DNA from: Candidatus Latescibacterota bacterium
GTDB taxonomy: Bacteria > Latescibacterota > UBA2968 > SICM01
Reading direction: 5' to 3'
DNA length: 64,000 nt
Assembly (NCBI GenBank): GCA_965217865.1
Contig: CBDCJO010000001.1
Span: 552,972-616,971 of the forward strand
This document shows positions 20,921 through 28,444 of this stretch, in pieces. Each line of letters begins with the position of its first letter. The first letter of the stretch is position 1. The position numbers and the translations under genes are program-made. Under the pieces are notes generated by a model. It had not been told where the DNA came from and searched no databases. It saw only the letters and a list, made by a program, of their open reading frames with translations.

Positions 20921-21354
20921 AACGACACGATGGTGTCCGCCGCCTGGGCGGCGAGGGTGGCCTGCCGGAGGTCGAGCCGGGCGGAGAAGCTGTCGCGCCC
21001 GTGGGAGGCCATGCCATACCTGTTGCGGAGTTCGCACAAGCCCTGGATGGTCTGGAGCAGACCCCGGATCGTCTTTTCCACCGATTCGCGCGCCTTCGCC
21101 GGGTCGGGATGGTTACGCGGCAACAGGGCCAGGCGGTTGGTCGTCTCCTTCAAGAGCTTCGGTGCATCCCAGTTGGGGTCCGCCGGCTGGCCGATATCGG
21201 CGAGCACCGTCTTGCAGACGGATTCGACCAGCGTCTTGGAAAGATCGAAGGCGAAGTCCGGCACGCTCTCCAACGCACTCTCGATGGCATGGATCTGCTG
21301 ATCGATAGCCTCGGCGAGCGGACCGTCGAGTACCGCCGCGCGAGCGCCGACCAT
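20896..21354 (-). CDS. Abi_C-like (abortive-infection C-terminal domain) protein, probably truncated at both ends
   Basis: ...LCELRNRYGMASHGRD... resembles the Abi_C signature. The last 6 codons and stop are antisense IS110 sequence. The upstream end abuts the IS256 fragment. Confidence 0.5.
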   Translation of the reverse strand: MVGARAAVLDGPLAEAIDQQIHAIESALESVPDFAFDLSKTLVESVCKTVLADIGQPADPNWDAPKLLKETTNRLALLPRNHPDPAKARESVEKTIRGLLQTIQGLCELRNRYGMASHGRDSFSARLDLRQATLAAQAADTIVSFHSPEALL

Positions 21355-21414
21355 CTGAAAGCGAGCGCGAGCTGAACGGGATCTCGACCGGCGTGGTTTA
21401 CCGGCACCCCTGTT

Positions 21415-21980
21415 CGTCACGACCGACGGAGCCGGTGGGCTTATCCAGACCATCGACCAGATGTGGCCGAAGAGTCTGCGCGGGACGCTGCTGGGTGCAT
21501 CGGATGCGCAACTTTGCAGCCAAGGTGCCCGATGCGCGCTGGCATGAGATCAAGCCGTATCTGGTGATGATTCGTGACGCCCCGGATCTTCAGGCCGGCC
21601 AAAGTGCGGTGCGAGAGTTTCTGGAGAAGTTCAGCAAGGAGTTCCCCGGTCTGTGCAAGTGTCTCACGGAGGACCTCGAAGCTCTCCTCGCACACCTCCA
21701 GCTTCCCTGGCGACTCCGGAAGTTCGCCCGCACCACCAACCTGATCGAACGCAGCTTTGTCGAGGAACGCCGCCGAACCAAAACATTGCCGCGATTCTTC
21801 TCCGAAAAGAGTTGCCTGAAGCTCGTCTATGCTGTTCTCATCCGTGCCGCTGCCAGGTGGCAGAATATCAACATCACGTCCACCGAACTGCTCCAGCTCC
21901 AGCTGCTCTATGAGGAACGACAGATCGCACCACCGGCTGAAATGGTAGCCGTTGCGGAACCTCACTGGACCTCCAGTTGA
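21415..21980 (+). pseudogene. IS256-family (Mutator-type) transposase, C-terminal fragment with frameshift
   Basis: VTTDGAGGLIQTIDQMWPKSLR in one frame, then RCWVHRMRNFAAKVP...TTNLIERSFVEERRRTK in another (shift near 21480). The N-terminal half is missing. Confidence 0.8.
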
Positions 21981-22002
21981 AGGTTTGCATTTTGCAGGAC
22001 GC

Positions 22003-23538
22003 TTAAGACTTGACCCAATCCTGTCCAGACGTTGAACACTTTTCATAGAATTGGATAGCCTTTTCGTATATTTCTTCGCGGTGCTTTGCCAAACTGTGTG
22101 TATCGTCGCCAAAGACGATTAGCGTACAGTTGCCGCCAGAGTCATTAATGAGTTTCTCGACGTGCTGCATTTCGCTTGTGGTCGCGACGGTATCAAGCGC
22201 GCCATGAAACAGCAGGATTGGCCTCTTTATATGGGTAGCATGTGTCAATACGGATCGCTCAACTAATGCTTTCTCGCGTTCCCTTGGACTGCTTGGAAGG
22301 ATTCTATCATGATGGAGGCGCAAGACTCGAAGACTTGTGCAAGTACACGTGGAGATCCCACCTACGAATGGTGAAGATGCATCTGCCAGGGCAAGGAGAC
22401 TTAGAAACCCGCCATAGCTATTACCGAACAGAGCGATTCTCCTGCCTGTACTAAAGTGTTGCTGCCAGTAGATTCCACAGTCTAATACATCCTGAACGTC
22501 TGCGACCCCGGCGACCCCGGTGTTCGCTCGATCGAGGTCCTCGCCGAAGCCGGTAGAGCCCCTATAAGCCACGCGCACAATCTCGAATCCCTGGCGAAGC
22601 AGCCCTAAAGCCCATGAGTCATTTCTATCGAGACTGCCTCCAGGCCCACCATGCACATACAGAACAGCGAGCTCTCGTGGAGACGGCGGAACCAACCGCT
22701 GTACTGGAAGAGCTAAACCATCCGAAGCAGGAACCGTAAATTCCTCAAGCCTAAAACTCGGTACGGGTTCGGTATGCTCAGCTACGACAGTGCATCCTTC
22801 AGATTCTTTCCAGCGGTAGACCTTATGGTCTGTTCCAAGAAAACAGACGGTATCGTTGTCGGCTCTGAAGGCGATTTGATACCAAGTCAGGTTCTTCGCC
22901 ACGCTAACCCCGGAATCCAATCTGATGCGTGAATCTACGCGGCCTACGGGAAACTGCACCCAAACAAGCTCATCGGGTTTGACGCAGAGAAGCCTGTTCG
23001 TCGAGTTTGAAAATGCACCTTCTTTCACAGGCCCATCTTCATAGATCCACCCGGAACCTCGGCCCGTAAGATCTACAACGTGAACGGTCCCTTCTTTCTC
23101 GTCGGACACGTGAAGTGCAAACCAGCTTTCGTCACGTGACCAGGGGAATCGACCAAATCGGTGACCATTTGACTCGGGCAGGAGCGAGGATATTCTTTGA
23201 CGTTGAAGATCAAATAAATGCACTTTCTTAGGCTTGTTAAGCTCCTCCAGGTTTTGCCGATGAAATGCAATCAGGTCACCGGATGGGGACCAATTTGGAA
23301 ACCTGTCCACACTGTCCTTCGATGCGGTCAATCTATCAAGTTTGCCGCTATCCAATGTGAGGTGAAAAATGTCAGGTGGCCGTTTATTCAATTGCTCGGT
23401 ACTGTGCTTTTCGTAGGCAGAAAACACGAGGCTTGTGCCGTTTGGCGACCACTGGCTGAACCCCGCAGGCGTCCGGTCGGGACGACGAAACCGGCTCGCT
23501 CGATGTCGATCAGGAGGTTCCGGAAGAACTGCTTTCAC
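22003..23538 (-). CDS. S9-family serine peptidase (prolyl oligopeptidase/DPP type), N-terminus probably lost
   Basis: GNSYGG nucleophile elbow, alpha/beta-hydrolase C-domain, N-terminal propeller-like WSPNG/WSPSG repeats. The first ~25 codons are antisense to the DUF4011 fragment. Visibly AT-richer than the flanks. Confidence 0.7.
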   Translation of the reverse strand: MKAVLPEPPDRHRASRFRRPDRTPAGFSQWSPNGTSLVFSAYEKHSTEQLNKRPPDIFHLTLDSGKLDRLTASKDSVDRFPNWSPSGDLIAFHRQNLEELNKPKKVHLFDLQRQRISSLLPESNGHRFGRFPWSRDESWFALHVSDEKEGTVHVVDLTGRGSGWIYEDGPVKEGAFSNSTNRLLCVKPDELVWVQFPVGRVDSRIRLDSGVSVAKNLTWYQIAFRADNDTVCFLGTDHKVYRWKESEGCTVVAEHTEPVPSFRLEEFTVPASDGLALPVQRLVPPSPRELAVLYVHGGPGGSLDRNDSWALGLLRQGFEIVRVAYRGSTGFGEDLDRANTGVAGVADVQDVLDCGIYWQQHFSTGRRIALFGNSYGGFLSLLALADASSPFVGGISTCTCTSLRVLRLHHDRILPSSPREREKALVERSVLTHATHIKRPILLFHGALDTVATTSEMQHVEKLINDSGGNCTLIVFGDDTHSLAKHREEIYEKAIQFYEKCSTSGQDWVKS

Positions 23539-23860
23539 TCATGGCTGAGGCCGAGGACGATCCCGACTGGTTGGCGAAGCGTCACCTCGACAACAAGCTC
23601 CAAACGCCATACGACACGAGCCGCCTCGACATCCTCCTCAGGAACACCTACCGCCACGCCCACCTCTCTCTTGAAGAACAGGGCGTCAACATCCTCTACC
23701 TGGCCCTGGGAACGCTCAACTGGTATGAATCGAAGTCGAGCGACATCCAGCTGATGGCGCCCCTGGTTATGGTCCCGGTAGAGCTGTCGCGGGAAAGCGC
23801 ACGGGCTCGCTTCAAGGTGCGTTGGACGGGCGAGGAGATCGACGGGAACTCGGATACGGT
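23490..23860 (+). pseudogene. DUF4011-type helicase N-terminal fragment
   Basis: ...EEQGVNILYLALGTLNWYE...APLVMVPVELSRES..RFKV matches the DUF4011 pattern found at the N-terminus of large SF1 helicases. No helicase core follows. Confidence 0.55.
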
Positions 23861-23867
23861 CAACCGC

Positions 23868-24416
23868 CTACGGTATCGGCGAAGAATGCGTCTCGCCATC
23901 CCGGCCTCTTATCTCTCCTAATTGTTCGAGTGCATCCCGGTGCAGCTTTCGCAAGTTCGAGGCTATCTCCGCGATTTTCCCCGTCGTCACGTGCACCTCA
24001 ACGACGATGCTGTCCCTTCTGGGTGTCTGCTGCACCATCTCCCACGCTTCCCATCGGCCTCCATTTGTTAGCACTGCGTAACGGGCGCCGATTTCCGTTG
24101 CGTATCCAGACGCCTGCCTTCGATCCGTGTCCTTCGGCCCTGAATCTGGAGGCTTGGCCTCCACAACGGCAAGGAATGCACCTGTCGACGACACGAGAAC
24201 GTAGTCCACCTTGTTCCCGTTGGCACGATGCTCTAGCCGGACCCGCGCCGGGTCTTTGACGTCCCAACCCAATGCGTTCAACACCCCGTCGATAACCAGC
24301 GCCCTCGTCGCCGTCTCATTCCCGTGGAGGTACTCGTAATGCTCGGTCAGAACCTTCCGAGCTTCCTTGATGCTCTCCTCAAGCAGGGTCCCCTTGCCAT
24401 CCTCCAGCTCAGCCAA
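23868..24416 (-). CDS. HsdR_N-like (PD-(D/E)xK restriction-endonuclease fold) protein
   Basis: 182 aa. Pattern VDYVLVSSTGAFLAVVEAKPP...YAVLTNGGRWE, as in type I restriction enzyme R N-terminal domains. Confidence 0.55.
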   Translation of the reverse strand: MAELEDGKGTLLEESIKEARKVLTEHYEYLHGNETATRALVIDGVLNALGWDVKDPARVRLEHRANGNKVDYVLVSSTGAFLAVVEAKPPDSGPKDTDRRQASGYATEIGARYAVLTNGGRWEAWEMVQQTPRRDSIVVEVHVTTGKIAEIASNLRKLHRDALEQLGEIRGRDGETHSSPIP

Positions 24417-24433
24417 TGCTCACTCCCTAACCC

Positions 24434-24756
24434 TTCATGAAAGTATTTGAACTTGGATACCCCTTCCTTTGGAAGGGGAGAAGAAGTTTAGCTTGCCGAA
24501 GGCAAGCTAAAAGGGTGTCTTATCGTGTTCAGACCACTGAGACACAAATCGACTCAGGAGGCATACGATGGGACTCCGACGGACCAGTCACGCAGTCTAT
24601 GATAGCCAGTATCCTCTGGTATGGGCACCGAAGTACCGGAAATGGATTCTGCGAGGTGACCTTCGAGCGTATGTGGGCAAGCTGTTTCATCGGATAGCAG
24701 AAGATTTTGGGGGTGGGAGTGGTTAATGCCCCGCCCTTTGGGCGGGGTGGTTTACT
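24434..24756 (+). mobile_element. IS200/IS605 internal-deletion derivative (MITE-like, 323 bp)
   Basis: Collinear with both ends of the 1726-2336 copy in inverted orientation. Keeps all terminal hairpins and the first ~48 tnpA codons, joined directly to the last 4 codons. The junction lies in a shared TTTGG. Confidence 0.85.
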
Positions 24757-24787
24757 CGCACGCGCGTCCCTGTAGTCGCCCGACGGT

Positions 24788-25225
24788 CTACTTGCCACGA
24801 CGTTCCCATGCCCGGCCCAAGGCCCGAATACTTTCCCAGATCGATCTCCATGAGCTAGGCTGGGTGTCTCTCCTGGGCACTTCGCCTGTTTCCGTTTGGT
24901 AGTAGCTGTTGCGTCTGGTCCAGGCCTTTTGCCGCACCAGCGCGATTTCAGCTTCCGAAAAGCCGCGCGCCCACCGGACGATTCCTTCATCGATCCAGTA
25001 GTGTGACCTGCACGAAAAACTCCAGTTCCCGATGGACGGCTCCAGGGAGATCGTTCTCCCGTCATAGGTGAGCCTCCACTCGACGGGGCCAAGAGGGGTC
25101 ACCACCTCCTCCCCGCACCCGCACGCACACCGGTGGACCACCGTGCCGAAACGCATCGACACATACAGAACACCGTCATCCAGCTGTTCCGGTATGTGAT
25201 CCACGAATTCGTTGCGCAATCTCAT
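24788..25225 (-). CDS. Cys/His-rich small protein, DUF6527-like (putative Zn-binding)
   Basis: 145 aa. HRCACGCGEEVVTPL ... LEPSIGNWSFSCRSHYWI. Start overlaps the upstream stop (ATGA 25222-25225). Confidence 0.6.
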   Translation of the reverse strand: MRLRNEFVDHIPEQLDDGVLYVSMRFGTVVHRCACGCGEEVVTPLGPVEWRLTYDGRTISLEPSIGNWSFSCRSHYWIDEGIVRWARGFSEAEIALVRQKAWTRRNSYYQTETGEVPRRDTQPSSWRSIWESIRALGRAWERRGK

Positions 25226-26412
25226 TGGCTATCGTCAGCCTGCCCCAGCATCCTGTTGCTCATGTGATTTCCGTCGATCGTGTAAGTGCTCCTGTCCTCT
25301 TTGCCAAGGTCCATGTAAAACCCCCGGTGCTTCTTCCACCGGATTACCGCGAGGGCCGCATTCAGCGCGTTCAGTTCCACGATCTGCACGTTCCTCTCGT
25401 ACTCGCCGACGTCCCGCAATCCGCCCTCACCGCGTCGTACCGCCGAGCTCTTCGGCGTCTCACAGAAGCTCGTTCTCACGACCCCTACCAGCTTGTCGTC
25501 CGTCTTCTCGATGCCCATTCCCACGTCGACGAACGGCACTCCCATCCGGTCCAGTGTCGGCAGCAGCCACTGCCTAGTTTCGTTGTCGTCGACGGCGACA
25601 AACACGAAATCGAGGTCGCCAAGCACATTGACGTTATCGGCCTCCACATCGAATTCGTGCGCGACGACGCCGCTCCTTATCTTCGCGTACCGTTCGCTGT
25701 ACAGTTGAGCCTTGGTCGGTCTCTTCTCGAGCTCCTCGGCTGTCGTCGGACCGGGCGCGCGGAACGCGTTGTGCTGCTCGAACCGGTCGCCGTCGAACAG
25801 ATGGATCTCCGCGACGCGTGTCTTGCTGACGTAATCCAGAATGTACGATCCCGTACCTCCGAGCCCGATTATGCCGATCCTGTCTCCGGACAGTCTCTCG
25901 TTCAACCGGGTTATCCCAGCGCGGCTCGACGCAGTTTCCATGAACACGAAAGGGTCGTTCGGGTCTGCCGACAGCACCAGTTTCCCCGCGCAGGCTATCG
26001 CTCCGGGGTCTATTCGTTTTGCACACCGTCCAATCACCTGCGCGTAGTGCGTCAGCTTGTGATGGTAATCCTCGTACTTCCCCGCCACCGGCCTTGCCGA
26101 GAAGTAATGGTCGACCCATAGGCCTTCGGCGAGCTCTTGGCGTTGGCTGCTGTTCCGCAGAGCCTCGATCGGCGCACCGCGGTCGTCGCAGGGGTACTCG
26201 CCCGCAAAGTACATCGTGTGATCTGGCGGCGGCCCCGTTTCCGAACCGTCGACGGCTAGGGGACAGACGAGCTGACCGTACTTCACGGTTCGCTCGCTTG
26301 TAACGTACGGGACGCGATGCAGCACCAAATGCCCGGAGCGGACCTCTATCTCGTAGCCGTCCTCGACGAGTCGCTTAAGGTCCTCCCTACGACTGATCAG
26401 TTCTTGTGACAT
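25222..26412 (-). CDS. ThiF/MoeB/E1-like adenylyltransferase with ~165-aa N-terminal extension (possible E2-like module)
   Basis: 396 aa. GIIGLGGTGSY (GxGxxG), LFDGDRFEQHNAFR and FVAVDDNETR are typical of E1 adenylation domains. The N-terminal part carries Cys in the contexts GQLVCPL and GEYPCDDRG. Confidence 0.85.
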   Translation of the reverse strand: MSQELISRREDLKRLVEDGYEIEVRSGHLVLHRVPYVTSERTVKYGQLVCPLAVDGSETGPPPDHTMYFAGEYPCDDRGAPIEALRNSSQRQELAEGLWVDHYFSARPVAGKYEDYHHKLTHYAQVIGRCAKRIDPGAIACAGKLVLSADPNDPFVFMETASSRAGITRLNERLSGDRIGIIGLGGTGSYILDYVSKTRVAEIHLFDGDRFEQHNAFRAPGPTTAEELEKRPTKAQLYSERYAKIRSGVVAHEFDVEADNVNVLGDLDFVFVAVDDNETRQWLLPTLDRMGVPFVDVGMGIEKTDDKLVGVVRTSFCETPKSSAVRRGEGGLRDVGEYERNVQIVELNALNAALAVIRWKKHRGFYMDLGKEDRSTYTIDGNHMSNRMLGQADDSQ

Positions 26413-26659
26413 TGATAATCGTTCCGTCCCGCACCTTCAGCCTTTGCCCCTCGTCTAGCTCTCCTTCGGGTATTCGGCTGCCGGCCTCCCGGAACGTGAT
26501 CGTGAACACGATCTGCGGGCCCCTGGCCGGATCGTCGAATGCAAGGTCCACTAGCTCGTCGAACGACAGTTCGTCACGCTCGACCTGCCTTTGCCGCCCA
26601 TTGACCGTTATCAAGAACGTCTTGTCGTCCAATCGGTCTAGTTGGTTTTCCTTACTCAC
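26387..26659 (-). CDS. multiubiquitin-like single beta-grasp (Ubl) protein
   Basis: 90 aa. FLITVNGRQRQVERDELSFDELVDLAF...GQRLKVRDGTIINVTRTDQS matches my memory of the Multi_ubiq family consensus. It lies immediately upstream of the E1-like gene. Confidence 0.65.
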   Translation of the reverse strand: MSKENQLDRLDDKTFLITVNGRQRQVERDELSFDELVDLAFDDPARGPQIVFTITFREAGSRIPEGELDEGQRLKVRDGTIINVTRTDQS

Positions 26660-26859
26660 GAGATTCTCCTCCTATGCTCAGTCGTGTCCTTAGAGATAGT
26701 TTGAAAACGTTCGATGCCTGGCTTCATAAAACTCACGACCTCGTCCGGCTCGACAAATTTTGTTTCTCCGCCACAGAATTTCTGGAAGAGTTTGTGTGTG
26801 TCCGGGGTCTTTCCCACCAGCGCGAGAATCTTGATACCCGGAAGATCTGGCTTAGACAC
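26656..26859 (-). CDS. hypothetical 67-aa protein (GTG start)
   Basis: ORF overlaps the Ubl start by 4 nt (ATGA) and the upstream 40-codon ORF by 8 nt. No recognisable motif. Confidence 0.4.
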   Translation of the reverse strand: MSKPDLPGIKILALVGKTPDTHKLFQKFCGGETKFVEPDEVVSFMKPGIERFQTISKDTTEHRRRIS

Positions 26860-26974
26860 GCGTTTTCGCTATCGGTCGATGCCGGATAATGTAGATGTCC
26901 GAGGGCGGCTTCTCGACAGCAGGATTCTCTTTGGCGAATGCCCCAACGCCGAGTTCTTCGATGTTCGGTTCCAT
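26852..26974 (-). CDS. hypothetical 40-aa leader ORF of the Ubl operon
   Basis: ATG 26972-26974 lies 8 nt downstream of a strong GGAGGAGG RBS (26983-26990). Sequence MEPNIEELGVGAFAKENPAVEKPPSDIYIIRHRPIAKTRV. May be the 5' part of a frameshifted ~107-aa gene together with 26656-26859. Confidence 0.35.
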   Translation of the reverse strand: MEPNIEELGVGAFAKENPAVEKPPSDIYIIRHRPIAKTRV

Positions 26975-27056
26975 TAGATTAACCTCCTCCTAGTTGCCCA
27001 GGATCACAACTTAAGAGGGTGGCGTCCGACAGACCAGAACACGAAGCCTTGGTCAG

Positions 27057-27086
27057 GTAGTACAGATTTCTGAGAATCTGAATCAA
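27057..27086 (-). promoter_or_regulatory. putative promoter with operator palindrome for the Ubl operon
   Basis: On the minus strand, TTGATT (27081-27086) - 18 nt - TACTAC (27057-27062). The 18-nt spacer is exactly the inverted repeat CAGATT-N6-AATCTG (27063-27080). Confidence 0.4.
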
Positions 27087-27232
27087 ACATCGTACATCTC
27101 CTTTGAGAAAGGGCTGAAAGTTTGCGCTTTGTTTCCGAGACATTAACCCTTATATTATAACCTACCGAATTATGGAGAAGAGCCCTAATAATATAACCCA
27201 ATTAATTATATTGTCAAGGGGAAAAATTGGCC

Positions 27233-27562
27233 ATGTCAGAATTTGGAGAGAGGCTGAGGAGAGCAAGGCAGAATAAGGGGATGCTGCAGGAAGACTTAGC
27301 ACAGGCAATGGGGCTAACTCAGGCATCGATTTCCCAGTTCGAGAAGGGACAAAGGACACCCACCCCGGAAAATATCCGTAAATTAGCTCAAATACTGGGG
27401 GTGAAGGAGGAGGACCTAGCAGGCAAAGATAAGGGGAATTTCGAAAGGGCATTGTTAATGCGAAATATGCGAGATTTGTCCCCTGGATCTCTCAGTAGGA
27501 TCAACGAGTATGTGGAGCTGATAAAGGAGAGTGAAAGAGCAAGAAGACGGAGAAAGAGATGA
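27233..27562 (+). CDS. XRE-family helix-turn-helix transcriptional regulator
   Basis: RLRRARQNKGMLQEDLAQAMGLTQASISQFEKGQRTPT is a canonical Cro/C1 HTH. A ~45-aa C-terminal tail follows. Confidence 0.9.
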   Translation: MSEFGERLRRARQNKGMLQEDLAQAMGLTQASISQFEKGQRTPTPENIRKLAQILGVKEEDLAGKDKGNFERALLMRNMRDLSPGSLSRINEYVELIKESERARRRRKR

Positions 27563-28434
27563 TTTTGAGACGTACAATAGCGGCCTACGCCTCTCAGCTA
27601 CGTGAAAACATGGGAATCGGTGAAAACGCCGCCATTGGACACCTCGTTCATCATATCAAAGAAGCGGGATATGAGTATCTTGAGGAATCCTTTGGTGATG
27701 AATTTTCAGGATTTTCGCAATCCCTTGGTGGAGGCAAGTATCTTATAGGATTCAATCGTGAGCACCTCTGGAGCATCAAATTTCAAAGATTCACTTTGTC
27801 TCACGAATTAGGGCACCTTACTATCCCGGAGCACCGCAGGATATTGGACAACACAGGCTTGCATCGGTCCAAGAGTGAGTTTCAATCCCAAGATCCGATT
27901 GAGCGGGAGGCGGATTACTTCGCCATATGCTTTCTGACTCCGAGGAAGTCCTTTCAAGATGCTATGAAACACAAGGAATACACAAAAGACACCATCTTTG
28001 GGCTCTCCGAAAAGTTTGGGATATCGGCCTATGCTACTATCCTTCGGTTCATAGAACTGACAGACCAGTCTTGCACTTTGATCGTGAGTAACAGCACTGG
28101 AATGATTGAATACGAAAGACGGTCCAACCGGATGAAGGAATCCTGCCAACAGAACTTTTTGGCTGGAAAGAAAATTAAGGAGACAACTCTTACTTTTGAC
28201 TATATCAAGGGCCGGAAAGGGGAGAACAGCTGTACCGTCTCTCTTCGGGAATGGTTTGAGGATCTGCCTGAAGAGATTGAAATCGATGCGACCGAATCTG
28301 TAATCGACCTGGGATATAACAACAAGTATCTGACCTTGTTGACTCCACATGTTACGGATGTGGACGAATATAGTAGGGACTGGGAATCACCAAGATCATT
28401 CCCAAAACACGGAGGTCGACCTAGTACCTATTGA
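27559..28434 (+). CDS. ImmA/IrrE-family zinc metallopeptidase (DUF955) with C-terminal domain
   Basis: 291 aa. HEXXH in SHELGHLTIPEH. ATGA overlap with the XRE gene. AT-rich relative to the neighbouring operon. Confidence 0.85.
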   Translation: MILRRTIAAYASQLRENMGIGENAAIGHLVHHIKEAGYEYLEESFGDEFSGFSQSLGGGKYLIGFNREHLWSIKFQRFTLSHELGHLTIPEHRRILDNTGLHRSKSEFQSQDPIEREADYFAICFLTPRKSFQDAMKHKEYTKDTIFGLSEKFGISAYATILRFIELTDQSCTLIVSNSTGMIEYERRSNRMKESCQQNFLAGKKIKETTLTFDYIKGRKGENSCTVSLREWFEDLPEEIEIDATESVIDLGYNNKYLTLLTPHVTDVDEYSRDWESPRSFPKHGGRPSTY

Positions 28435-28444
28435 CATTTAAAAC

